Source: Planctomycetota bacterium
GTDB lineage: Bacteria > Planctomycetota > Phycisphaerae > UBA1845
Direction: 5' to 3'
Assembly (NCBI GenBank): GCA_052034525.1
Contig: JBPOIK010000079.1
Coordinates: 6,579 to 70,578 of the forward strand
DNA length: 64,000 bases
Made by a program: the position numbers and the translations under genes. How positions within the stretch are numbered: position 1 is the stretch's first letter; the number at the start of each line of letters is the position of its first letter. Below, piece by piece: positions 45,565 through 53,476 of this stretch. The notes under the pieces were generated by a model, which did no database searches, was not told where the DNA came from, and saw only the letters and a list, made by a program, of their open reading frames with translations.

Positions 45565-47031
45565 ATGGCACGGTCAACTGCTGTTAAGACGAAACCCAAG
45601 TCGTCGTCCAAACCAGCTCGAAAACCCGCTTGCGTGACTAAGACCGCCCCACGTCGGGCAACGGCGCGCAAGCCGAGCGGAGTATCGGTGCGGACCTACA
45701 AGGCGGCACTGAACTACCTCAGCTCACTGGTGAACTACGAGCAGGGTGGCCGGTTGGGGTACAATTCCACGAATTTCAATCTTTCCCGTATGACCCGGCT
45801 TCTTGCCGCGCTGGACAATCCTCAGCGCGAGTTCAAGACGGTCCACGTTGCGGGGACGAAGGGCAAAGGCAGCACGGCGGCGATGGTGGCCGCCATGCTC
45901 CAAGGCAACCGGCTGAAAGTCGGGTTGTATACCTCGCCGCACATTCTGACCGTTCGCGAGCGCATCGCGATCAACGGAGACATGGTTTCCGAATCCAAGT
46001 TCACCAAGCTGGTGGATGCCATCTGCCGGGTGAAGTCGCACGGAGACACCTTCACGTACTTCGAGGTTCTGACGGCCATGGCTTTTCTGCACTTCGCGGC
46101 GGAAAAGGTGGACGTGGCCGTGATTGAGACCGGCCTGGGCGGTCGGCTGGATTCGACGAACGTCATCCGGCCGGAGGTGTGCGCCATCACGTCGATCAGC
46201 ATGGATCATTCGGGTCAGCTCGGAAGCACGCTGGCGGCCATCGCCGAGGAGAAGGCCGGCATCATGAAGCAGGGCGTCCCGGTGATCAGCGCGCCGCAGC
46301 GGGCAGAGGCGCGGCAGGCGCTGGCGGCGGCTTCGGAGAAGATGGGCGCTCCGTTGCGGTTCACGGGCGAGGACATCGAGTTCAGCTACCGATTCGAGGC
46401 GTCGCGGGGGCTGGGTCCGCACACCCGGCTGTGCCTGACCACCCCGACCAGCCGGTTCGAGCATGTGCATGTGCCGCTGCTGGGCGAGCACCAGGCGATC
46501 AATTGCAGCGTGGCACTGGCCGTGGTGGACGTACTCAAGCAGCGCGGCCTGAAGATTGACGACCAGCTTGCCATTGACGGCCTGGCGTCCGTGCGGTTGA
46601 GCGGACGGATGGAGATCATCTGCGAGAACCCGCGCATTCTGGTAGACGGCGCCCACAACGCGGCCAGTGTGCATGCGCTGATGCGCGGAATCGGGCAGAA
46701 CGTGCCGTACGACTCGATGATCGTGATTTTCGGCTGCCAGCGGGACAAGGACGTGGCGGGCATGCTGCGTCATATTCAACTGGGGGCCGACAAAGTCATC
46801 TTTACCACGACGGGCTCGCCGCGCACCATGGATCCGCACGACCTGGCCTCCGCCTACGTGGACCAGTGCGGAAAAATGGCCCAGGTGGCGGAAGACCTGG
46901 AAGAGGCGATCCGCATCGCGGGCAGCGCTTTGACGCGTGAGGATCTGATCTGCATTACCGGATCCTTCTACCTGGTGGGCCGGGCCAAGCGGCTCTACGC
47001 CCAGAAGGCGGGCCAGACAGTGGGGCAGTAA
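45565..47031 (+). CDS. folC: Bifunctional folylpolyglutamate synthase / dihydrofolate synthase
   Basis: P-loop VHVAGTKGKGSTAAMVAAML. Also TSPHILTVRERI and ...ETGLGGRLDSTNV...DGAHN. A Lys/Ala/Ser-rich N-terminal extension of about 50 aa precedes the conserved core. Confidence 0.9.
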   Translation: MARSTAVKTKPKSSSKPARKPACVTKTAPRRATARKPSGVSVRTYKAALNYLSSLVNYEQGGRLGYNSTNFNLSRMTRLLAALDNPQREFKTVHVAGTKGKGSTAAMVAAMLQGNRLKVGLYTSPHILTVRERIAINGDMVSESKFTKLVDAICRVKSHGDTFTYFEVLTAMAFLHFAAEKVDVAVIETGLGGRLDSTNVIRPEVCAITSISMDHSGQLGSTLAAIAEEKAGIMKQGVPVISAPQRAEARQALAAASEKMGAPLRFTGEDIEFSYRFEASRGLGPHTRLCLTTPTSRFEHVHVPLLGEHQAINCSVALAVVDVLKQRGLKIDDQLAIDGLASVRLSGRMEIICENPRILVDGAHNAASVHALMRGIGQNVPYDSMIVIFGCQRDKDVAGMLRHIQLGADKVIFTTTGSPRTMDPHDLASAYVDQCGKMAQVAEDLEEAIRIAGSALTREDLICITGSFYLVGRAKRLYAQKAGQTVGQ

Positions 47032-47111
47032 GCCCGCGGCCCGCCGACACCCCCACAAACACAACCACACGCCAGCGCGCGGATCGAGAACAGTCCGGGC
47101 GCTCGGCGATG

Positions 47112-47372
47112 TCCTGACTGGGGTTCGCGTACCAGGACGTTCCGCCTCCGGCCATCGGGGCATGGAAGCGCCTGCGCCGCTTCTGTTTCAATTCGCGGGC
47201 CGGCATGTTGCGAATCAATCGTGCCCCCGGGCGTTTCCTCTGCGTAAGGAGCACGGTCCGGTAGGAGTTGTTCGCACCGCACGCCCGCGTGTTCGATTTG
47301 ATCCAACTGCATCTTCCGACCTAGGACTATTGTCCCAACAGAATCTGCGCATTGCGGGCCGCCACGTCTTGA
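47112..47372 (-). pseudogene. Eroded IS5-family-like transposase remnant
   Basis: Part of ORF 46995..47561(-) reads ...SRRGGPQCADSVGTIVLG..IEHAGVRCEQLLPDRAPYAEETPGGTIDSQHAGPRIETEAAQALPCPDGRRRNVLVREPQSG. From memory, IS5-group transposases carry RRGRP...(I/V)L, RW..GVWE.LL, ..P(S/T)AAIIDSQSVK and NGRKRH.LVDT.G. No start codon, no DDE core and no inverted repeats were recognised. Confidence 0.35.
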
Positions 47373-47654
47373 AGTGATGTCATCGTGTGGCATTAGAATT
47401 ATGACTTCTATTTTTGTTCTCGATTCAGCCGATAGAAATGTGTCCCGGCGCAGAAGAGAGCTGAAGGAATGTCGCCCTGTCATCTGGTGACATTGCATCG
47501 CACAGAACGGGCGGCCGCGCGGACGTCGGGAGAAACCTGCGCCGCCGAACGCCTGGCTCATTCGAAGAGAACGCTCCGCTTTGTTCCGGCATTCGATCTT
47601 GTGACGTTGCAGGTCGGGCAGAGCGAGCCGCGCGCATCAGAAGAGGTCTGAACC

Positions 47655-49184
47655 ATGTCCAACACGGTTACGATCAGTCCGCTGACCCGCATCGAGGGCC
47701 ATCTGGCCATCCACACCGAGACCGAGCCGCACATCAGCGGTTCCGGCGTGCAGGTGACTCAGGCCCATTGCGAGGGGGAGATGTTTCGCGGGCTGGAGGT
47801 GATTCTGGTGGGTAGAGACCCGCTGGACGCCCAGCAGATCACGCAGCGGACCTGCGGCGTCTGCCCGATCTCTCACGGTATGGCCTCGGTGCGGGCCCAG
47901 GAGGGGGCATACGGGATTCGGCCGGTGCGGAACGGACGGCTGCTGCAGAACCTGATCGCGGCGGCCAACTATTTTCACTCGCACATCCTTCACTTCTATC
48001 AGCTCGCCGCGCTGGACTTCGTCGATGTGACGGCCGTGCTGAATTACACGGGGTCCGACCGCACTCTGCTCAAACTCAAGGCGTGGGCGCAGTCGACCCT
48101 GGATCGCAAGGATGTCTTTCCGGTGGCGCCGTTCCTGCCGCGCTACGAGGGTGACTACGTTTCCTCCACGGAGATCAACTGCGCGCTGCTTGCCCATTAT
48201 GCGGATGCCTTGAAGACGCGCCGGATTTGTGACGAAATGGGGGCGGTGTTCGGCGCGCGGTTGCCGCACTCCACCGCCCTGCTGCCGGGGGGATGCACGC
48301 AGAAGCCCACGCTCGAGCGGATCCTGGCCTACCGGTCCCGGCTGGACGAGGTGCTCGCGTTCGTGGAGGACGTGTACCTGCCGGACCTGCTGGAGGTGGG
48401 TCGTCAGTTCCCGCAATATTTCGAGATCGGACGCGGATGGGGGAATCTCCTGGCGTACGGCTCGTTCGAAATGGACGACAGCGGACGGAAGTTTTTCCCG
48501 TCGGGAACGCTCATCGACGGCAAGTGGGAGGCGTTCGATCCGCGTCACATCAGCGAAGACGTCAGCGCGGCCTGGTACGAGGACGACGCGGCCCGTCATC
48601 CGTTCGAGGGCCAGACGCTTCCCAAGCCGGGCAAGCCGCGGGCGTATTCCTGGATCAAGGCGCCGCGCTATCGAGGACTGCCGCTGGAAGTCGGTCCGCT
48701 CGCCCGGATGCTCGTGCACTACCACGCGGGGACCGGCGGCTGGGCGCGCGAGCTCGTGGACTCGATCTGCCAGAAGCTCGGCGTCACGCCGGACAAACTG
48801 GTGTCCGTGATGGGTCGACACGTGACCCGGGGGCTGGAGACGCTGGCCCTGGTGCGGCAGTGTTTCCGCTGGCTGGACGAGATTGCCGTGGATCAGCCGG
48901 CCGTCACCGAGTTTGAGTTTCCCAAAAACGGCAAGGGGGCGGGCCTGGTGGAGGCCCCGCGCGGCGCGCTGGGCCACTGGCTGACCATCGAAGATTACAA
49001 GGTGAAAGCATATCAGAGCGTGGTGCCGACGACGTGGAATTGCTCGCCTCGGGACTCGAAGGGGCAGTCCGGCCCGGTGGAGAAGGCGCTGGAGGGCACG
49101 CGGGTGGCCGACGCATCCCAGCCGATCGAGCTGGGCCGCATCGTACGCTCGTTCGATCCATGCCTGGCGTGCGCGGTTCATTGA
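47655..49184 (+). CDS. [NiFe]-hydrogenase large subunit (509 aa) ending at the DPCxxCxxH histidine
   Basis: N-terminal motifs LTRIEGHLAIH and RTCGVCPISHGMAS (CxxC Ni ligands). The C-terminal SFDPCLACAVH is followed directly by TGA. AGAAGAGG lies upstream of the ATG. Confidence 0.93.
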   Translation: MSNTVTISPLTRIEGHLAIHTETEPHISGSGVQVTQAHCEGEMFRGLEVILVGRDPLDAQQITQRTCGVCPISHGMASVRAQEGAYGIRPVRNGRLLQNLIAAANYFHSHILHFYQLAALDFVDVTAVLNYTGSDRTLLKLKAWAQSTLDRKDVFPVAPFLPRYEGDYVSSTEINCALLAHYADALKTRRICDEMGAVFGARLPHSTALLPGGCTQKPTLERILAYRSRLDEVLAFVEDVYLPDLLEVGRQFPQYFEIGRGWGNLLAYGSFEMDDSGRKFFPSGTLIDGKWEAFDPRHISEDVSAAWYEDDAARHPFEGQTLPKPGKPRAYSWIKAPRYRGLPLEVGPLARMLVHYHAGTGGWARELVDSICQKLGVTPDKLVSVMGRHVTRGLETLALVRQCFRWLDEIAVDQPAVTEFEFPKNGKGAGLVEAPRGALGHWLTIEDYKVKAYQSVVPTTWNCSPRDSKGQSGPVEKALEGTRVADASQPIELGRIVRSFDPCLACAVH

Positions 49185-49222
49185 CCGCGTCCGGGGCCGA
49201 CGGGGCGGGGTCGCCCGTGGAG

Positions 49223-50194
49223 ATGACAGTGATGGCAGAGATTTCGCGAAGGGAATTCCTCGGGATGGGCGCCGCGCTGGCGGCCGGCGCCGGACTGGGC
49301 CCCAGCGCGGCGCGGGCCCTGGCCAACGGGCTGGAGCGGGTGTTCAGCGGCCAGAAACGGGTGGTATGGCTGCAAGGCATGTCCTGCACCGGGTGCAGCG
49401 TGTCGCTGCTGAACTCCGACGAACCGGGGCCGGTGGAACTGATCACGCAGGTAATATCCGTCGTGTTCCATCCGACCCTTTCGGCGGCGCAGGGCGATCT
49501 GGTCACCCAAACGCTGGATCGGCTCAGCGAGGCGGGAGACTTTTACCTGGTGCTCGAAGGGGCGGTGTGCCCGCAGATGCCCCAGGCGTGTACGATCGCC
49601 GGCAAGCCGCTGACCGAGCTGCTGCCGCCCTTGCTGCGGCGGGCGCAATTCGTGCTGACGGCCGGTTCCTGCGCGGCGTTCGGCGGTATCCCGGGTGCGG
49701 AAGGGAACCTCACCGGCGCGATAGGGCTGAAGGAATTCATGATCGGCCAGGGGATTTCCGTGGAACGCAAGCTGGTGAACTGCCCGGGCTGCCCGGTCCA
49801 TCCGCACACGCTGGTCACCACGTTGGCGTATCTGGCGGGCGTGGGGTATCCGGCCGTCGATCCGGCCACGCTGACGCCGGACATGATCTGCTCCGCGTCC
49901 GTTCACGACGACTGCCCGCGATTCCATCACTGGCAGAAGGGGCACTTCGCGGAGCACTTCGGGGATGAAGGGTGCCTGTTCAAGCTGGGGTGCCTGGGGC
50001 CGTTGAGCCATTCGAACTGCTCGCACCGTCAGTGGAACGGGGGAATCAACTGGTGCATACGAGCCGGGGCGCCGTGCATTGCGTGTACGAGCGAGGATTT
50101 TGCGAAGCGCAAATCGTTCCCATTCTATCGCCATGGTGAGAAGTATCACACGGTGGCGTATGGTGATGAAGACCGAAAGGGGACTGCGACATGA
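49223..50194 (+). CDS. [NiFe]-hydrogenase small subunit with a twin-arginine (Tat) leader
   Basis: [32 protein letters not shown] is the Tat motif. It is followed by [49 protein letters not shown] and [12 protein letters not shown] (FeS-cluster ligand motifs). There is no C-terminal TM anchor. Confidence 0.9.
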   Translation: MTVMAEISRREFLGMGAALAAGAGLGPSAARALANGLERVFSGQKRVVWLQGMSCTGCSVSLLNSDEPGPVELITQVISVVFHPTLSAAQGDLVTQTLDRLSEAGDFYLVLEGAVCPQMPQACTIAGKPLTELLPPLLRRAQFVLTAGSCAAFGGIPGAEGNLTGAIGLKEFMIGQGISVERKLVNCPGCPVHPHTLVTTLAYLAGVGYPAVDPATLTPDMICSASVHDDCPRFHHWQKGHFAEHFGDEGCLFKLGCLGPLSHSNCSHRQWNGGINWCIRAGAPCIACTSEDFAKRKSFPFYRHGEKYHTVAYGDEDRKGTAT

Positions 50195-51681
50195 TGCTGA
50201 AAGAAGCCAGCCTGGCCCGACGGATGTACGTGCCGACGATCGGACTGTTTGTCGTGTCGATGGCGGTGCTGCTCGGCATTCAGCACACGTTGTACGTGCG
50301 CGGTTTTGAGGACACACTGGGAAGAATCGAAGGTTCATCCCTGGACGTGCAGCGCGAGTCGTCGAAGGGGATGGCCCAGGGCATCTGGGCCGCCACCGAC
50401 CGCTGGCTGCAGACCGGCGAGCACACCCAGTTCGTGGATTTTGCGCACCGGCAGAGAGAACAATCGTCCATCGGAGTGATTGCTTTCGTCGGTCTGTCCG
50501 GGACGGCCGAGCTGGCCTCGCCCGTACAACACGTAGGCACGCCGCTGGCCGAGGGTGTCTGGGACCAGGCAGCCGAGACTTCGGACTTGATCCTGCGGGA
50601 GGATGCGAAGGCGATTAACCTGTATCAGCCGCTGCACGTCACGCCGGACATGCGGCGGCTTCGGCCGGACATGGAGGTAGGTACGCTGTACGGCCTGCTG
50701 CATCTGGAGTTTCCCAAGGACGAGTTGAACAAGATGCTGGCAGATGCCCGCTCCGTGTTTGAGGGCCGGGTCAGACAATCCCTGACGCTGACCTGCGCGA
50801 CGGGCGTCGCCGCCCTGGTGGTGATGGCGGTCAGCCTGTTCCCATTGGTCGTCCTCCCGCTGGTGCGTTCTCTGCAGGGAGTCATCGGAAACCTGGGTGA
50901 GGGCTCGAAGGAACTGGTGGAGATTTCCCGGCAGATCGGCGGAGCGAGTCAGCGACTGGCGACCTCGGCCTCGGAGCAGGCGTCGTCCCTGGAGGAGACC
51001 AGCAGTGCCATGGAGCAGATGTCGGCCATGACGCGGACGAATGCGGCGAACGCCCGCGAAGCCGACACGTTGAGCGCGCAGGCCCAGGAGAACGCCGCCG
51101 CGGGCGACCAGACGATGGTCCGGCTGACGCAGGCCATGACCAGCATCAACGAGTCGTCAGCCCAGATCGCCAAAATCATCAAAGTCATCGAGGAAATCGC
51201 CTTCCAGACGAATTTGCTGGCCCTGAACGCCGCCGTGGAGGCGGCCCGGGCGGGCGAGCACGGCAAAGGCTTCGCAGTGGTGGCCGACGAGGTACGGAAC
51301 CTGGCCAGTCGGGCGGCCGAAGCGGCCCGGAACACGCGAACGCTGGTGGAGGATTCGGTGGGGCGGGCGCGGGACGGCGTTGAGGCCGTCCGTGAGGCGG
51401 GAGTCGCCTTCGGGGCGATTGTGGCCAGTACGCAACGGGTATCGGAACTGGTGGGAGAAATCGCCCGGGCATCCGAGCAACAGGCGCAGGGGGTCGACCA
51501 AGTCAACAGCGCTGTGTCACAGATGTCGCAGATGACCCAGGAGTCGGCTTCCGAAGCGAGTCACTCCTCCTCCGTGGCCGAGCAACTCGGCCTGCAGGCG
51601 GAGTCGGTGAAAGACATGGTGGGCGCGCTGGTGGGCATTGTGAAAGGCGCTGGAGCCGCACGGGAAGAACAGGAACTCTGA
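50191..51681 (+). CDS. Methyl-accepting chemotaxis protein with a periplasmic domain of about 160 aa
   Basis: The start ATG overlaps the small-subunit stop (ATGA, 50191-50194). TM helices lie at about residues 14-34 and 198-225. The signalling domain reads ...[16 protein letters not shown]...[42 protein letters not shown]. Confidence 0.92.
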   Translation: MMLKEASLARRMYVPTIGLFVVSMAVLLGIQHTLYVRGFEDTLGRIEGSSLDVQRESSKGMAQGIWAATDRWLQTGEHTQFVDFAHRQREQSSIGVIAFVGLSGTAELASPVQHVGTPLAEGVWDQAAETSDLILREDAKAINLYQPLHVTPDMRRLRPDMEVGTLYGLLHLEFPKDELNKMLADARSVFEGRVRQSLTLTCATGVAALVVMAVSLFPLVVLPLVRSLQGVIGNLGEGSKELVEISRQIGGASQRLATSASEQASSLEETSSAMEQMSAMTRTNAANAREADTLSAQAQENAAAGDQTMVRLTQAMTSINESSAQIAKIIKVIEEIAFQTNLLALNAAVEAARAGEHGKGFAVVADEVRNLASRAAEAARNTRTLVEDSVGRARDGVEAVREAGVAFGAIVASTQRVSELVGEIARASEQQAQGVDQVNSAVSQMSQMTQESASEASHSSSVAEQLGLQAESVKDMVGALVGIVKGAGAAREEQEL

Positions 51682-51756
51682 AATCGCATCGCCAGGGGAC
51701 TCTCGCTTGACGAGAGGGGGCGGCGCCCCTGCCGGCAGCAAGCGGCCCCCCCCCAA

Positions 51757-51840
51757 GCGCGAGCCGATGGGATCGAGGAATCAAGGGATCGAGGGATCAA
51801 GGGATCCGGGGAAGGTGGCCCCCCACGCGCGAGCCGATGG
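51757..51840. repeat. Second, short GGGATC(G/A)AG 9-bp array flanked by a 14-nt direct repeat
   Basis: GCGCGAGCCGATGG (51757-51770), then gatcgaggaatcaagggatcgagggatcaagggatccgggg, then GCGCGAGCCGATGG (51827-51840). Each copy of the direct repeat is preceded by a C-run. Confidence 0.85.
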
Positions 51841-51901
51841 CCCTGCGGAAGACTGGCACAGACGATGCACCACATTTGCACCAAATCAGGCGCAATTCAC
51901 A

Positions 51902-52020
51902 GGACGTCGGCGAACGTCGGCGAACAACGGACATCGGCGGCCAGAGAAAATAGGACGCCCACAACCCCTTGAGTAAGGGACAGATACGAACGTCGGCGGA
52001 CGTCGACGAACACCGGCGGG
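51902..52020. repeat. Two clusters of (G/A)ACGTCGGCG-like short repeats abutting the 3' end of tRNA-Lys
   Basis: Cluster 1 (51902-51940): ggacgtcggcgaacgtcggcgaacaacggacatcggcgg. Cluster 2 (51988-52020): gaacgtcggcggacgtcgacgaacaccggcggg. About 47 nt separate them. Confidence 0.7.
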
Positions 52021-52024
52021 CGAC

Positions 52025-52097
<73 letters not shown>

Positions 52098-52181
52098 AAA
52101 GACAGACCCGTATTGAATCGCGAAAAACAGGGGCTGTCAACGTGGGCAGACTCCGACGAGACCGAGTCCGCCTCGGCGAAA

Positions 52182-53225
52182 TCACCGCTGCCGGTGCACC
52201 ATGAAATGCGCCAATCCCGCCAGCGAGTCGCGTGCCGGGCCGGGCGGTAACGCACGCAAGTGCTCGATAGCCTGTCCCAGAAACCCGCTCGCCCGCTCCA
52301 TCGCGTATTGCAGGCTCCCGCACTCGTTCAGCCAGTCTCGCACCTCCGCCGCGGGTGCCCGCGAGCCATTGCCCAGCACCGCCGCCAGCCGACGCGCAAC
52401 CGCCGGCTCCCCTTGACGCAGACAGTGAATGGCAGGCAACGTCGGCTTGCCCAGATCCAGGTCCCGACCCAGGGTCTTGCCCATTTCGGCCTCCGTGCCG
52501 GTGATGTCCAGCACGTCGTCAACGATCTGGAACGCCACCCCCACCAGTCGGCCGAACGCGCTCATGGCCCGGACCGCATCCGGCGAAGCATCCGCAAAAT
52601 GAGCGCCCAATTCGCCGCAGACGGCGGTCAACGCGGCGGTCTTCCGGTCGATGATGTCAAAATACTCGGCCTCCGTCAGCTCGCAGTTGCCCCGATGGTG
52701 GCTCTGCATCAACTCGCCTTCGCAGACCGTCGTGGTGGTGGCTCCGATGCGGCAGGCCGCGTGCCGCCCCGCAACCGAGCTGCACAGGTGATAGGCCTGG
52801 GATACCAGGTAATCCCCCAGGAGCACGGCCGTCTCGTTGCCGTGCAACGCGCTGACGGTGGGACGCCGGCGGCGAAGGTCCGCGTGGTCCAGCACGTCGT
52901 CGTGCAGAAGCGTGGCCACATGGATCATCTCCACGACAGTCGCCACGACGATGTGGGTTTCGGTGATGTCCCCGACCGCCCGGCCCGTCAGAAGCAACAG
53001 GGCCGGCCGGAGCATCTTGCCGCGATACCCGTGGACGTAGGTGCTCAGCTCGTTGACAAACGGGAAGTCGCTGAACAGCGTGTCCTCAAAAAGCCGGCGG
53101 ACCCGTGCCAGATCATCCAGGATCGGCGCATAATACTCCGCCAGCCCGCGTCCGTTTGCATCGCCGCCGGCGGCCGGTGAGTTTTCCTGAGTCCAATCGG
53201 AGAACGTCAATGCCATGGTATCCAT
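52182..53225 (-). CDS. Long-chain polyprenyl diphosphate synthase (IspB-like)
   Basis: First DDxxD motif: MIHVATLLHDDVLDHADLRRRRPT. Second: GVAFQIVDDVLDITG. Also ...GKTLGRDLDLGKPTLP. The start is ambiguous among 53255, 53225 and 53216. Confidence 0.88.
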   Translation of the reverse strand: MDTMALTFSDWTQENSPAAGGDANGRGLAEYYAPILDDLARVRRLFEDTLFSDFPFVNELSTYVHGYRGKMLRPALLLLTGRAVGDITETHIVVATVVEMIHVATLLHDDVLDHADLRRRRPTVSALHGNETAVLLGDYLVSQAYHLCSSVAGRHAACRIGATTTTVCEGELMQSHHRGNCELTEAEYFDIIDRKTAALTAVCGELGAHFADASPDAVRAMSAFGRLVGVAFQIVDDVLDITGTEAEMGKTLGRDLDLGKPTLPAIHCLRQGEPAVARRLAAVLGNGSRAPAAEVRDWLNECGSLQYAMERASGFLGQAIEHLRALPPGPARDSLAGLAHFMVHRQR

Positions 53226-53476
53226 TCTAGAGCGGTCCGAATCCGCCGCCCACAATGTTTCAAAACTTTTGAAAACAAGTGAAATTTACCGTGCCGAGAT
53301 CCGGACGCCCGGCGGCACCACCGACCTTCTGAACGAGAGGCCGGACAATTCGCCGGCCGAACCGGCCGACCCCGGAGAGAGGCCGATGAAGGGCTCTCGA
53401 CCCAGCGCATTTGTGGGAACCTGTCGGAGCGGGAAGGAACCCTCACGCCCCAACCAGGGGAGGGCCACGCCGGGGG

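Noticed and set aside
47469-47651. A 60-aa ORF ending 3 nt before the hydrogenase large-subunit start, considered as a possible leader peptide or accessory subunit.
   Set aside because: Third-position GC is clearly lower than in real genes here. There is no RBS, and the translation is unremarkable. It overlaps the candidate att-like repeat and so is more likely non-coding.
49155-49184. Possible [NiFeSe] enzyme with an in-frame TGA selenocysteine, or a read-through C-terminal extension.
   Set aside because: The C-terminal ligand motif is DPCLAC with ordinary Cys codons. The TGA comes after the terminal His, and the sequence downstream in that frame shows no extension-like sequence before the small-subunit RBS.
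28668-50338. Long ORFs 28668..30491(+), 38230..41757(+, 1175 aa), 45724..47163(-), 47637..49181(-), 49178..50338(-). Later ORFs 57632..58774(-) and 60909..63182(-) are of the same kind.
   Set aside because: Each is antisense to a gene with strong family signatures (pgk/rpe, alpha-2-macroglobulin, folC, the hydrogenase subunits, the HExxH gene, the helicase). Their compositions are Arg/Gly/Pro-dominated.
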